Shown here: piece by piece, positions 8,452 to 15,859 of the stretch
How the letters are laid out: the number at the start of each line of letters is the position of its first letter
Numbering within the stretch: the first letter of the stretch is position 1
Assembly (NCBI GenBank): GCA_035574295.1
Contig: DATLYX010000125.1
Span: forward strand, 1-32,000
Direction: 5' to 3'
Source of the DNA: Xanthobacteraceae bacterium
GTDB taxonomy: Bacteria > Pseudomonadota > Alphaproteobacteria > Rhizobiales > Xanthobacteraceae
Length of the DNA stretch: 32,000 nucleotides
Position numbers and translations under genes: made by a program
Notes under the pieces: generated by a model
What the model was told of the DNA's origin: nothing
Seen by the model: only the letters and a program-made list of their open reading frames with translations
Databases searched by the model: none

Positions 8452-8469
8452 GATTGCGCCAGCGCAATC
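8452..8469. promoter_or_regulatory. Inverted repeat GATTGCGC-CA-GCGCAATC, candidate TetR operator
   Basis: Perfect 8 bp arms with a 2 nt spacer. It lies 46 nt upstream of the tetR ATG (8406) and 79 nt upstream of the first tail-module ATG (8548), in the divergent intergenic region. Confidence 0.35.
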
Positions 8470-8547
8470 CAGTTCTATCCGCAGACAGGCGCGGGCAAGT
8501 GAGTGCATGGGTACAACCATTTGCCTGCCCCGCCGGGGTCGAACCTG

Positions 8548-9180
8548 ATGCGCTTCACCCTCAAGACGGATGATCTCGTGAAGGGGTCGCGCCAGGCCGA
8601 GGCAGATACGGCGCGCTCGGTCACCCGCGCCATGCGCGCGGTGACGGAAGGCCTCAAGGCTGATCTGCGTGCCGACGTGGTCGATGCGGGCCTTGGCCAG
8701 CGTCTTGCCAACACCTGGCGTGGCAAGACGTTTCCCGAGAGCGGGGCGAGCATCGAAGCGGCAGCCTTCGTGTGGTCGAAGGCGCCGAACATCGTCGATG
8801 CCTTCGACCGTGGCGTGACGATCCGCTCGCGTCATGGGTTCTGGCTCGCGATCCCGACGCTGGCGGCGGGCAAGACCGGTCTCAACCCGACCGGCGCGCG
8901 CAAGCGGATCACCCCGGGCGGTTGGCAACGGCGCACCGGCATGCGCTTGCGTTTCGTCTATCGCCGCGGGCGGCCGTCGCTGCTCGTGGCCGACGAAGCA
9001 CGCATGACAAGGCGTGGCCTCGCAGCCAAAAGCCGAAGCAAGAGCGGGCGTGGGCAAGTAACAGCCATCATCTTCCTTCTCGTTCCACAGGTGACGCTCC
9101 GAAAACGCCTCGACATCGAGGTGAGCGCTACCCGCTGGGCCGCCCGCGTGCCGGGCCTGATCGCAAGCCATTGGAGATGA
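8548..9180 (+). CDS. Phage neck/tail-completion protein (DUF6441-like by recollection)
   Basis: The track ORF starts at GTG 8503. I prefer ATG 8548 (MRFTLKTDDL...) because remembered homologues begin that way. AGLGQRLANTWRGKTFP...FWLAIPT...LRFVYRRGRPSLLV resembles a conserved Hyphomicrobiales prophage protein family. It lies upstream of the tail terminator and tube genes. Confidence 0.6.
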   Translation: MRFTLKTDDLVKGSRQAEADTARSVTRAMRAVTEGLKADLRADVVDAGLGQRLANTWRGKTFPESGASIEAAAFVWSKAPNIVDAFDRGVTIRSRHGFWLAIPTLAAGKTGLNPTGARKRITPGGWQRRTGMRLRFVYRRGRPSLLVADEARMTRRGLAAKSRSKSGRGQVTAIIFLLVPQVTLRKRLDIEVSATRWAARVPGLIASHWR

Positions 9181-9187
9181 CGCTGCC

Positions 9188-9619
9188 GTGAGCAAGCGCG
9201 AGCAGGTGATCGAAGCCGTCGTTGCGCTGGTCGCGACAGCGCTGCCGGCGGCGAAGGTCGAGCGCAACGCGGCAAAGCCCGAGCGCATCCCGCAGGGTGG
9301 GCTCGTCATCGTGCGCGATGGCGATCCGGGCGAGCCTGATGTGTTGCTGTCGCCGCTGACCTATCTTTATACGCATCGCATCCCGCTCGAGGTCGCCGCG
9401 CGCGAGAGCGGCACGCAATCGCGCGAAGACGCGCTCGATGCGATGCTCGCGGCGATCGGCGCGGCGGTTGCCGCCGACCGCACGCTCGGCGGTCTCTGCG
9501 ACTTCTTCGAGGCCGAGGCGCCGGCCACAGCCGATATCGAAGCCTCGGGCGCACAACCGGTTCGATGGGCCGACGCCGCGCTCATCGCCAGTTACGGCAC
9601 GCCCGATCCGCTGAACTGA
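9188..9619 (+). CDS. Putative tail terminator / tail completion protein
   Basis: 143 aa with a GTG start 8 nt after the previous stop. It lies immediately upstream of the tail tube gene. The call rests on synteny; no family is confidently recognised. Confidence 0.5.
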   Translation: MSKREQVIEAVVALVATALPAAKVERNAAKPERIPQGGLVIVRDGDPGEPDVLLSPLTYLYTHRIPLEVAARESGTQSREDALDAMLAAIGAAVAADRTLGGLCDFFEAEAPATADIEASGAQPVRWADAALIASYGTPDPLN

Positions 9620-9644
9620 TTCCTGTCATTTCAGGAGGTATTCC

Positions 9645-10583
9645 ATGGCACGCGCAAGGGGCGCCAACGCTGTTCTGGCCGCGGCGTTCGAAACCACCTA
9701 TGGCACGCCGCCGGCAAGCGGCTACAAGAAGCTGCCGTTCGTCTCCTCGGCGCTCGGCGAGGAGCAGAACCTGATCGAAAGCGACCTTCTCGGCCTTGGC
9801 CGGGAGCCGCTGCCGCCGAGCAAGGACGTCGCCAACAACGAGGGCGACGTGGTCGTGCCCGTCGATCTGCGCAACTTCGGTTACTGGCTCAAGCTCCTGC
9901 TCGGCGCGCCCACCACGACCGGCGCCGGTCCGTATACGCACACCTACGTCTCGGGCGCGCTCGCGCTTCCCTCGATGGCGATCGAGATCGGGCTTCCCGA
10001 CGTGCCGAGCTACGGCATGAACTTCGGGGTGCGCGCGAATTCCATGAGCATTCAGATGCAGCGCTCGGGGCTTCTCAACGCGACCATGGGTCTGATCGCG
10101 CAGGGCGAGACGCGCTCTGCCTCTTCCGGCGCGGGCACGCCGTCGGAGGCCGCGATCGAGCGCTTTTCGCAAGCGATCGGCGAAATCAATCGCAACGGTG
10201 TTGCGCTCGGCAACATCGTCTCGGCGGAACTCACTTATTCCAACAATCTCGACAAGGTCGAGGTCATCCGCTCCGACGGTCGAATCGAGGACGCGGAGCC
10301 AGCGATGGTGGCCGCGACCGGCAATGTCGTCGTGCGCTTCGCCGATACGACACTGCTCGACCAGGCGATCGACGGCACGGCCTGCGAGCTGTCCTTTGGC
10401 TGGGAGATCGACGCGGACCGGTCGCTTCTCTTCACGCTGCACGAGGTCTTCCTGCCGCGCCCGAAACTCCCCGTGAGCGGCCCGGGCGGCATTCAGGCGA
10501 CCTTCGCCTTCCAGGCGGCCAAGGACCCGAGTCTCAACAAGACCATGACCGCGGTACTCGTCAACGACGTGGCGACCTATTGA
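9645..10583 (+). CDS. Major tail (tail tube) protein
   Basis: 312 aa with a strong AGGAGG SD (9634-9639). Its position is upstream of the chaperone and tape measure genes. The sequence resembles phage tail tube proteins annotated in alphaproteobacterial prophages. Confidence 0.75.
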   Translation: MARARGANAVLAAAFETTYGTPPASGYKKLPFVSSALGEEQNLIESDLLGLGREPLPPSKDVANNEGDVVVPVDLRNFGYWLKLLLGAPTTTGAGPYTHTYVSGALALPSMAIEIGLPDVPSYGMNFGVRANSMSIQMQRSGLLNATMGLIAQGETRSASSGAGTPSEAAIERFSQAIGEINRNGVALGNIVSAELTYSNNLDKVEVIRSDGRIEDAEPAMVAATGNVVVRFADTTLLDQAIDGTACELSFGWEIDADRSLLFTLHEVFLPRPKLPVSGPGGIQATFAFQAAKDPSLNKTMTAVLVNDVATY

Positions 10584-10591
10584 GGCTGGCG

Positions 10592-10945
10592 ATGCTCAAG
10601 CTTTTCATCGATCGCGAGCCGTTCTGGCTCGACGTGCAACCTGGTGTGCGCATCAGGCTGCGGCCGGTCACGGTCGCCGCGATTCTTGCCGCGCGCGCCG
10701 CGGCCGCCGAGGTGCTGCGCAAGGGCGGCGAGGATGCGGAGACGCGGGCGAGCTTTGCCTTCACGCGCGCGCTTGCACGTTCCGGCATTATCGAGTGGGA
10801 AGGCATCGGGGACCAGGACGGCAATCCGGTCGCGCCTTCGCCCGAGGCGATTGATGCGGCGCTCGAATGCTGGCCGGTGTTCGACGCGATCGACCGGCTC
10901 TACGTCGCGCCGGTCCTCCTTCAGGCCGAAGAAAAAAACGCCTGA
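10592..10945 (+). CDS. Tail assembly chaperone (G-like, zero-frame product)
   Basis: ATG at 10592 with GAGG 6 nt upstream; the track uses the TTG at 10580. The product is 117 aa and ends ...LLQAEEKNA* directly after an A_AAA_AAC slippery heptamer. It lies between the tube and tape measure genes. Confidence 0.7.
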   Translation: MLKLFIDREPFWLDVQPGVRIRLRPVTVAAILAARAAAAEVLRKGGEDAETRASFAFTRALARSGIIEWEGIGDQDGNPVAPSPEAIDAALECWPVFDAIDRLYVAPVLLQAEEKNA

Positions 10946-11247
10946 TCGCCCTCGCCGAATGGCATTTCGGCGGAGGCGCCGGCTACTGCGCCGTGTGCCG
11001 GGAGACATGTGCGGAATGTCCCTATGTTCTGCATGCCCCGCGCACGCCTGAGGGGATCGTGGCCTGGGAGGTAATCCGGCGCGCGGCGGGGCAAGTCCGC
11101 GTTGCGGCAGGTGGCGTCTATGCGCTCGACTTCGGCGCGGTGCTCATGCTGGCGCACGCCATGGGCGCGCTCAATCCGCTCCTCGTCGAGGCGCTGTCCG
11201 AGATCGAGCCGATCGTCGTGCGCGCCTATGCCGGGAATGCCGACTGA
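10592..11247 (+). CDS. Tail assembly chaperone frameshift fusion (GT-like); join(10592..10939,10939..11247)
   Basis: The downstream ORF is in the -1 frame, has no convincing start of its own, and ends 34 nt before the tape measure ATG. This is the conserved G/GT arrangement of long-tailed phages. Confidence 0.6.
10933..10939 (+). promoter_or_regulatory. Programmed -1 ribosomal frameshift slippery site A_AAA_AAC
   Basis: Zero-frame codons are GAA AAA AAC GCC TGA. A -1 slip reads AAA AAA CGC CTG ATC..., giving KKRLIALAEW, which is exactly the frame of track ORF 10867-11247. Confidence 0.7.
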
Positions 11248-11281
11248 ATGAGCACGACGCAACCGCGGGCGTAAGCGAGCG

Positions 11282-13948
11282 ATGTCCACTACAAATGTCT
11301 CGATCCGCCTCAACATCGAGGGCAAGGCGGACGTCAAGCGCGCTTTCGACGAGGTCGCGGTCAGCGGCACGGCCGCATTCCGTGGCATCGCCTCTGCGAT
11401 GGACGCGGCGGGCGCCGCCACCGACCGGGAGACGCAGCGCCTGCAGCGCCTTGCGCAGGCGGCGAAGCAGGCAGCGGCCGCCGAGCAGGCGCAGCGCGCA
11501 TTCAACCAGTTCCTTGGGATCGGCACTGCGCCGCCGAAATCGGCACGCGAATCGGCGGCGGTCTTCGAGGAGGCGGCAAAAGCGGCCGAGGACCTCGAGC
11601 GGCGCAGCGAGGCGCTGCGTGCGCAGATCGACCCTCTGGGCGCCGCGCAGAAACGGCTCAATGCCGAGCTCGCTGAGGCCGACACGCTCTTCAAGGCGGG
11701 CGCGATCACTGCCAAGGAGCAGGCTGCGGCGCATGCGCTCGCGCGGGCGCGGTTCGAGGCAACCGCGAAAGCGCTCGGCGCGGTGGGTGGTCAATCGCGG
11801 TTGACGTCCTATCAGCTGGCCAACCTGTCATATCAGTTGCAGGATGTTGCCGTTTCCCTTGCATCCGGCCTTCCCGCATGGATGGTGCTGATCCAGCAGG
11901 GCTCGCAGATCTCCCAGATCGTTGGTCCGGTTGGCTTGACCGGTGCCATGAGAAGCCTCGGTTCGGCGCTCGCGTCGATCCTCACCCCCGCGCGGCTCGC
12001 GGGAGGCGCGATCGCCGCGATCGCCATCGGCGCCGCGGCCGCCTGGAACGCCTGGTTCGAAAGCCAACGGAACGTGATGACCGCGCTCGCCGGCGCCGGA
12101 CGTATCGCCGGCGCCACGGTCGCCGACATCAACCGGATTGCCGAGGCCGGCGCCATTGCCGGCAACGTTTCTGCCGCGGCCGCGCGCGAGATGGCGGTGG
12201 AACTGGCGCGCACCGGCAAGATCGGCAAGGAGCTCTTCGGCGATCTGATCGCTATCGCCAAGGACTACGCCACGACGGTCAATACGGACCTTGGCGATGC
12301 CGTCAAGCAGCTCGCGCAGGCGTTCGCCGACCCGGCGCGCGGCGCCGAGACGCTCAACAATCAGCTCGGATTTCTCGACGATCGCACCCGGCAATATATC
12401 CGCAGGCTCATCGAGCAGAACGATCGTACCGCCGCGCAGCGCGTCCTGCTCGAGGCCATGCGCGGCAGCCTCGTCAACGCCGAACAGGCAACCTCCGCGC
12501 TCGGCCGCGCCTGGGATTGGGTCAAGCGCGCGGCGTCGAATGCCTTCGATGCGCTCGGCCGCGCCGTCGATCGTGCGACCGGTGGCGGTACGCCGGAAGA
12601 GCAGCTTGCGGCCATTGAACGCCGGATCGCGGCGCTCTCGCGCGGCGGTGGCGCGCCGACGCGGGTGCTGAATGAGCTTCGGCGGCAGGCCGACGAATTG
12701 CGCGCCAGAATTGCCGAGACGCGCCGGCAGGCCGATATCGGGCGCATCGAGGCGCAGGCGCGAGAGCTGTCGCTCCGAGTCGGCGAAGCCGTCCGCGACA
12801 TCGTCCCCGGCACGGAGACGATCCGGCAGCTCGAGGCCGTTCGCGGGTCTCTCGGCCGCCTCCTCGAGGACCCGATTGCGGCCAGGCATGTCGGCAATCT
12901 GCGGGACGTGGAGGATGCCTATCGCCGCGTCACGCAGGCCTTGGAGAGTTATCGGGGCGAGAATGTACGCTTTCTTGATCCCATGGAGCGAAAGCTCAGG
13001 CTCCAGCAGATCGAGATTGCGCTCATCAACGCGACGACGCCGGCGCAGAAGGCGGCGCTCGAAGCCGAGCGGACACGCATTGAGCTGATCGGCCAGGCCA
13101 TCACGCCCGAGCAGCAGACGCTGGCGGTCGCGCAGGCCCGCAACCGCGTGCTTGCGGAAGCATCCAAGTGGGTTCGCGACTATGTGCGCGATCAGCAATT
13201 CGCGATTGAGCAGACGCAGGCGGAGATTTCCTTCGTCGGCAAGAGCGTCGAGGAGAAGGATAAGTACATCGCCCGGCTACGCGCCGAACAGGATCTGCGT
13301 CGGCAGGGGATTTCCGCGGCGAGTGCCGAGGGCCAGTTGATCCTCGCCAATGCCGCGCGTCAGGCCGCGCTCAATGCCGAGCTCGACCGCGCGCGGGAGA
13401 TCGTGCAGGGCTGGCAAGGCGTGTTCGACTCTGCGATGAACCGCTTCGCCGACCTATTGGCGCAGGGCAAGCTCGACTGGAAGTCCTGGGCCGACGCCGC
13501 GCGCGCCGCGATCATCGATATCAACAAGGAGATCATCAAGCTCGCGCTGATCAATCCGCTCAAGAACCTCCTGTTCGGCACCAATGTGCCGACCTTGGAA
13601 GGCGCGGGTGGCTTGATCGGCGATCTGTTCAAGGCGTTCAGGTTTCACGACGGTGGTGTCGTCGGTCTTGCTGGCGCACCGGCGCTCGCGCCTGCCGCGG
13701 CCTTCGTCCGCGCACCCCGGTTTCACGACGGGGTGTTCCTGCGGCCCGACGAGGTGCCGGCGATCCTCCAGCGCGGCGAGCGCGTGCTCTCGCGCGATGA
13801 GGCGCGCCGTTACGAGCGCGGCGGCATGAGCATGCCGGTCGTCAACGTCACGATCCAGACGCCGAGCCCGGCCGCGTTCCAGGCAAGCCGCACCCAGGTC
13901 GCAGCCGATCTTGCGCGTGCTGTGCGGCTCGGCATGCGTGGAATGTAA
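11282..13948 (+). CDS. Tail tape measure protein
   Basis: 888 aa, Ala/Arg/Glu/Gln-rich coiled coil with a hydrophobic Gly/Ala-rich central segment (LPAWMVLIQQGSQISQIVGPVGLTGAM...). It sits at the canonical position after the G/GT chaperone. Confidence 0.85.
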   Translation: MSTTNVSIRLNIEGKADVKRAFDEVAVSGTAAFRGIASAMDAAGAATDRETQRLQRLAQAAKQAAAAEQAQRAFNQFLGIGTAPPKSARESAAVFEEAAKAAEDLERRSEALRAQIDPLGAAQKRLNAELAEADTLFKAGAITAKEQAAAHALARARFEATAKALGAVGGQSRLTSYQLANLSYQLQDVAVSLASGLPAWMVLIQQGSQISQIVGPVGLTGAMRSLGSALASILTPARLAGGAIAAIAIGAAAAWNAWFESQRNVMTALAGAGRIAGATVADINRIAEAGAIAGNVSAAAAREMAVELARTGKIGKELFGDLIAIAKDYATTVNTDLGDAVKQLAQAFADPARGAETLNNQLGFLDDRTRQYIRRLIEQNDRTAAQRVLLEAMRGSLVNAEQATSALGRAWDWVKRAASNAFDALGRAVDRATGGGTPEEQLAAIERRIAALSRGGGAPTRVLNELRRQADELRARIAETRRQADIGRIEAQARELSLRVGEAVRDIVPGTETIRQLEAVRGSLGRLLEDPIAARHVGNLRDVEDAYRRVTQALESYRGENVRFLDPMERKLRLQQIEIALINATTPAQKAALEAERTRIELIGQAITPEQQTLAVAQARNRVLAEASKWVRDYVRDQQFAIEQTQAEISFVGKSVEEKDKYIARLRAEQDLRRQGISAASAEGQLILANAARQAALNAELDRAREIVQGWQGVFDSAMNRFADLLAQGKLDWKSWADAARAAIIDINKEIIKLALINPLKNLLFGTNVPTLEGAGGLIGDLFKAFRFHDGGVVGLAGAPALAPAAAFVRAPRFHDGVFLRPDEVPAILQRGERVLSRDEARRYERGGMSMPVVNVTIQTPSPAAFQASRTQVAADLARAVRLGMRGM

Positions 13949-13953
13949 AGGGC

Positions 13954-14544
13954 ATGCCACAACCGTTTCTTGATATTGCGTTCCCGCCATTCGTTGCGCG
14001 CGGGGCGACTGGAGGGCCGACGTTCTCGACCAATGTCGTCACGCTCGCCTCCGGCGCCGAACAGCGCAATGTGCTCTGGGCGAACGCACGCGGGCGGTGG
14101 AACATCTCGACGGGCATCCGCACCCGCGCGCAGATGCTCGACGTGATCGCCTTCTTCCATGTCGTGAAGGGGCGCGGCTACTCGTTCCGCTTCAGGGACT
14201 GGAACGACTATCAGGCCTCCGACGTGCCAATGGTCGAGGTCAGCCCAACCGTGTGGCAACTCGTCAAGCGCTACACCATCGCCGGCTTCGAGCACGTCCG
14301 GACCATCACCAAGCCCGTGCCCGGCACCGTGACGATCGAGGTGAACGGCACGCCCGTCACGCCCGCCGACATCGACCACCTCACTGGCCGGGTCACCTTC
14401 GCCTCGCCACCCTCGGCGGCGCCGAATGCGTCGTTCGAGTTCGACGTGCCGGTGCGCTTCGACACCGACCACCTGCCGGTTCAGGCCAATGCCTGGGACC
14501 AGCAGGTGGTCTCGCAGATCGACCTCGTCGAGGTCCGCGAATGA
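13954..14544 (+). CDS. Distal tail protein, DUF2460 family (RcGTA g12-like)
   Basis: 196 aa. FPPFVARGATGGPTFSTNVVTLASGAEQRNVLWANARGRWNIS...FFHVVKGRGYSFRFRDWNDY is the DUF2460 signature. Confidence 0.8.
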   Translation: MPQPFLDIAFPPFVARGATGGPTFSTNVVTLASGAEQRNVLWANARGRWNISTGIRTRAQMLDVIAFFHVVKGRGYSFRFRDWNDYQASDVPMVEVSPTVWQLVKRYTIAGFEHVRTITKPVPGTVTIEVNGTPVTPADIDHLTGRVTFASPPSAAPNASFEFDVPVRFDTDHLPVQANAWDQQVVSQIDLVEVRE

Positions 14545-15428
14545 AAGAGCTCTCCTCCGGCCTCGCCGGTCATCTTGCCGGCGGGGTCACGACCCTCTGC
14601 CGCTGCTGGCGGCTTGCGCGCAAGGACGGCACGGTCATGGGCTTCACCGACCACGACCGCGATATCGTCTTCGACGGTGTCACCTATCAGGCGGCGACCG
14701 GCTTCGCAGCGTCGGCAATCGAGGATCAGTTGGGCTTGGCTGTCTCCAATCTCGATGTCGATGGCGCGCTGAGTTCGGCCGCAATTACGGAAGCGGATAT
14801 CCATGCGGGGCGTTACGACGATGCCGAGGTGACCGTGTTCCTGGTCAACTGGGCGGACCCGGACGAGCGCGTGGTGCTGCGCAAGGGCTTTCTTGGGCAG
14901 GTCGAACGCGGCGAAGTGGCCTTCAAGGCCGAACTGCGCGGGCTTACGTCGCGCCTCGATCAAGTCGCGGGCCGGGTGTTCCAGCGCACCTGCCCGTGGG
15001 AACTTGGCGACGCGCGCTGCGGGGTCAATCTCGACGCGCCGGAGCACCATGGCGCCGGAACGGTCGCGCAAGCTTTCGATGCTTTCGACTTCACCGCGAC
15101 CGGCCTCGACAGCTTCGCGGCCGGGGTCTTCTCCCGCGGAAAGCTCACCTGGACGTCCGGCGCCAACACGGGCCTTGCGGTCGAAGTGAAGGCGCACGCC
15201 TCCGCGGGCAGCGTCGCGCGTATCTCGCTGTTCCTGCCGGCGCCCGAGCCGATCGAACCGGGCGATGCCTTCACGATCACCGCCGGCTGCAACAAGAGCT
15301 TCGAGACCTGCCGCGATCGATTCGGCAACGTCCTCAACTTCGGCGGCTTTCCGCACGTCCCCGGCAACGACTTCGTCCTTTCCTATCCGACGCAAGGGAG
15401 TGACAACGACGGTGGCAAGCTCGGCTAA
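14541..15428 (+). CDS. Tail hub protein, DUF2163 / BR0599-like family (RcGTA g13-like)
   Basis: The track ORF 14097-15428 is trimmed to the ATG at 14541, which overlaps the previous stop (ATGA). MKELSSGLAGHLAGGVTTLCRCWRLARKDGTVMGFTDHDRDIVFDGVTYQAATGF is the typical DUF2163 N-terminus. Confidence 0.8.
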   Translation: MKELSSGLAGHLAGGVTTLCRCWRLARKDGTVMGFTDHDRDIVFDGVTYQAATGFAASAIEDQLGLAVSNLDVDGALSSAAITEADIHAGRYDDAEVTVFLVNWADPDERVVLRKGFLGQVERGEVAFKAELRGLTSRLDQVAGRVFQRTCPWELGDARCGVNLDAPEHHGAGTVAQAFDAFDFTATGLDSFAAGVFSRGKLTWTSGANTGLAVEVKAHASAGSVARISLFLPAPEPIEPGDAFTITAGCNKSFETCRDRFGNVLNFGGFPHVPGNDFVLSYPTQGSDNDGGKLG

Positions 15429-15846
15429 CCGAACGGCGATCGTCGCCGAGGCGCGGAGCTGGATCGGCACGCCCTATCACCATCAGGCGAGCGTCAAGGG
15501 CGTGGGCTGCGACTGCCTCGGCCTCGTGCGCGGCGTGTGGCGCACGCTCTATGGCGAGGAGCCGGAAGCGATCCCACCCTATTCGCGCGACTGGGCGGAA
15601 GCGGGCCGCGAGACGCTCGCCGAGGCCGCCGCGCGTCACATGCGTTGGTCGTCGCCAAACCGCATGCTGCCGGGCGACGTGCTCCTCTTCGCGCTTAACG
15701 AGCGCGCGCCGGCCAAGCACTGCGCGATCCTGACCGAGCCCGAACGCATGGTGCATTCCTACGAACGCCACCCGGTCGCAGAGGTCTCGCTCACGCTCTG
15801 GTGGCGCCGGCGCATCCGTTTCGTGTTCTCGTTTCCAGGCTGCTGA
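15412..15846 (+). CDS. Phage cell-wall peptidase, NlpC/P60 family (RcGTA g14-like)
   Basis: AIVAEARSWIGTPYHHQASVKGVGCDCLGLVRGVW carries the catalytic Cys motif, with a His later (HCAIL). The start is GTG 15412 (AGGGAG 11 nt upstream) or GTG 15400. The track start at 15265 is an off-frame overlap artefact. Confidence 0.8.
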   Translation: MASSANRTAIVAEARSWIGTPYHHQASVKGVGCDCLGLVRGVWRTLYGEEPEAIPPYSRDWAEAGRETLAEAAARHMRWSSPNRMLPGDVLLFALNERAPAKHCAILTEPERMVHSYERHPVAEVSLTLWWRRRIRFVFSFPGC

Positions 15847-15859
15847 TCCGGGCTGCTGA

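Noticed and set aside
11828-13198. Minus-strand ORF of 456 aa inside the tape measure gene
   Set aside because: It is an antisense shadow of a confidently called 888 aa tape measure gene and shows no family resemblance.
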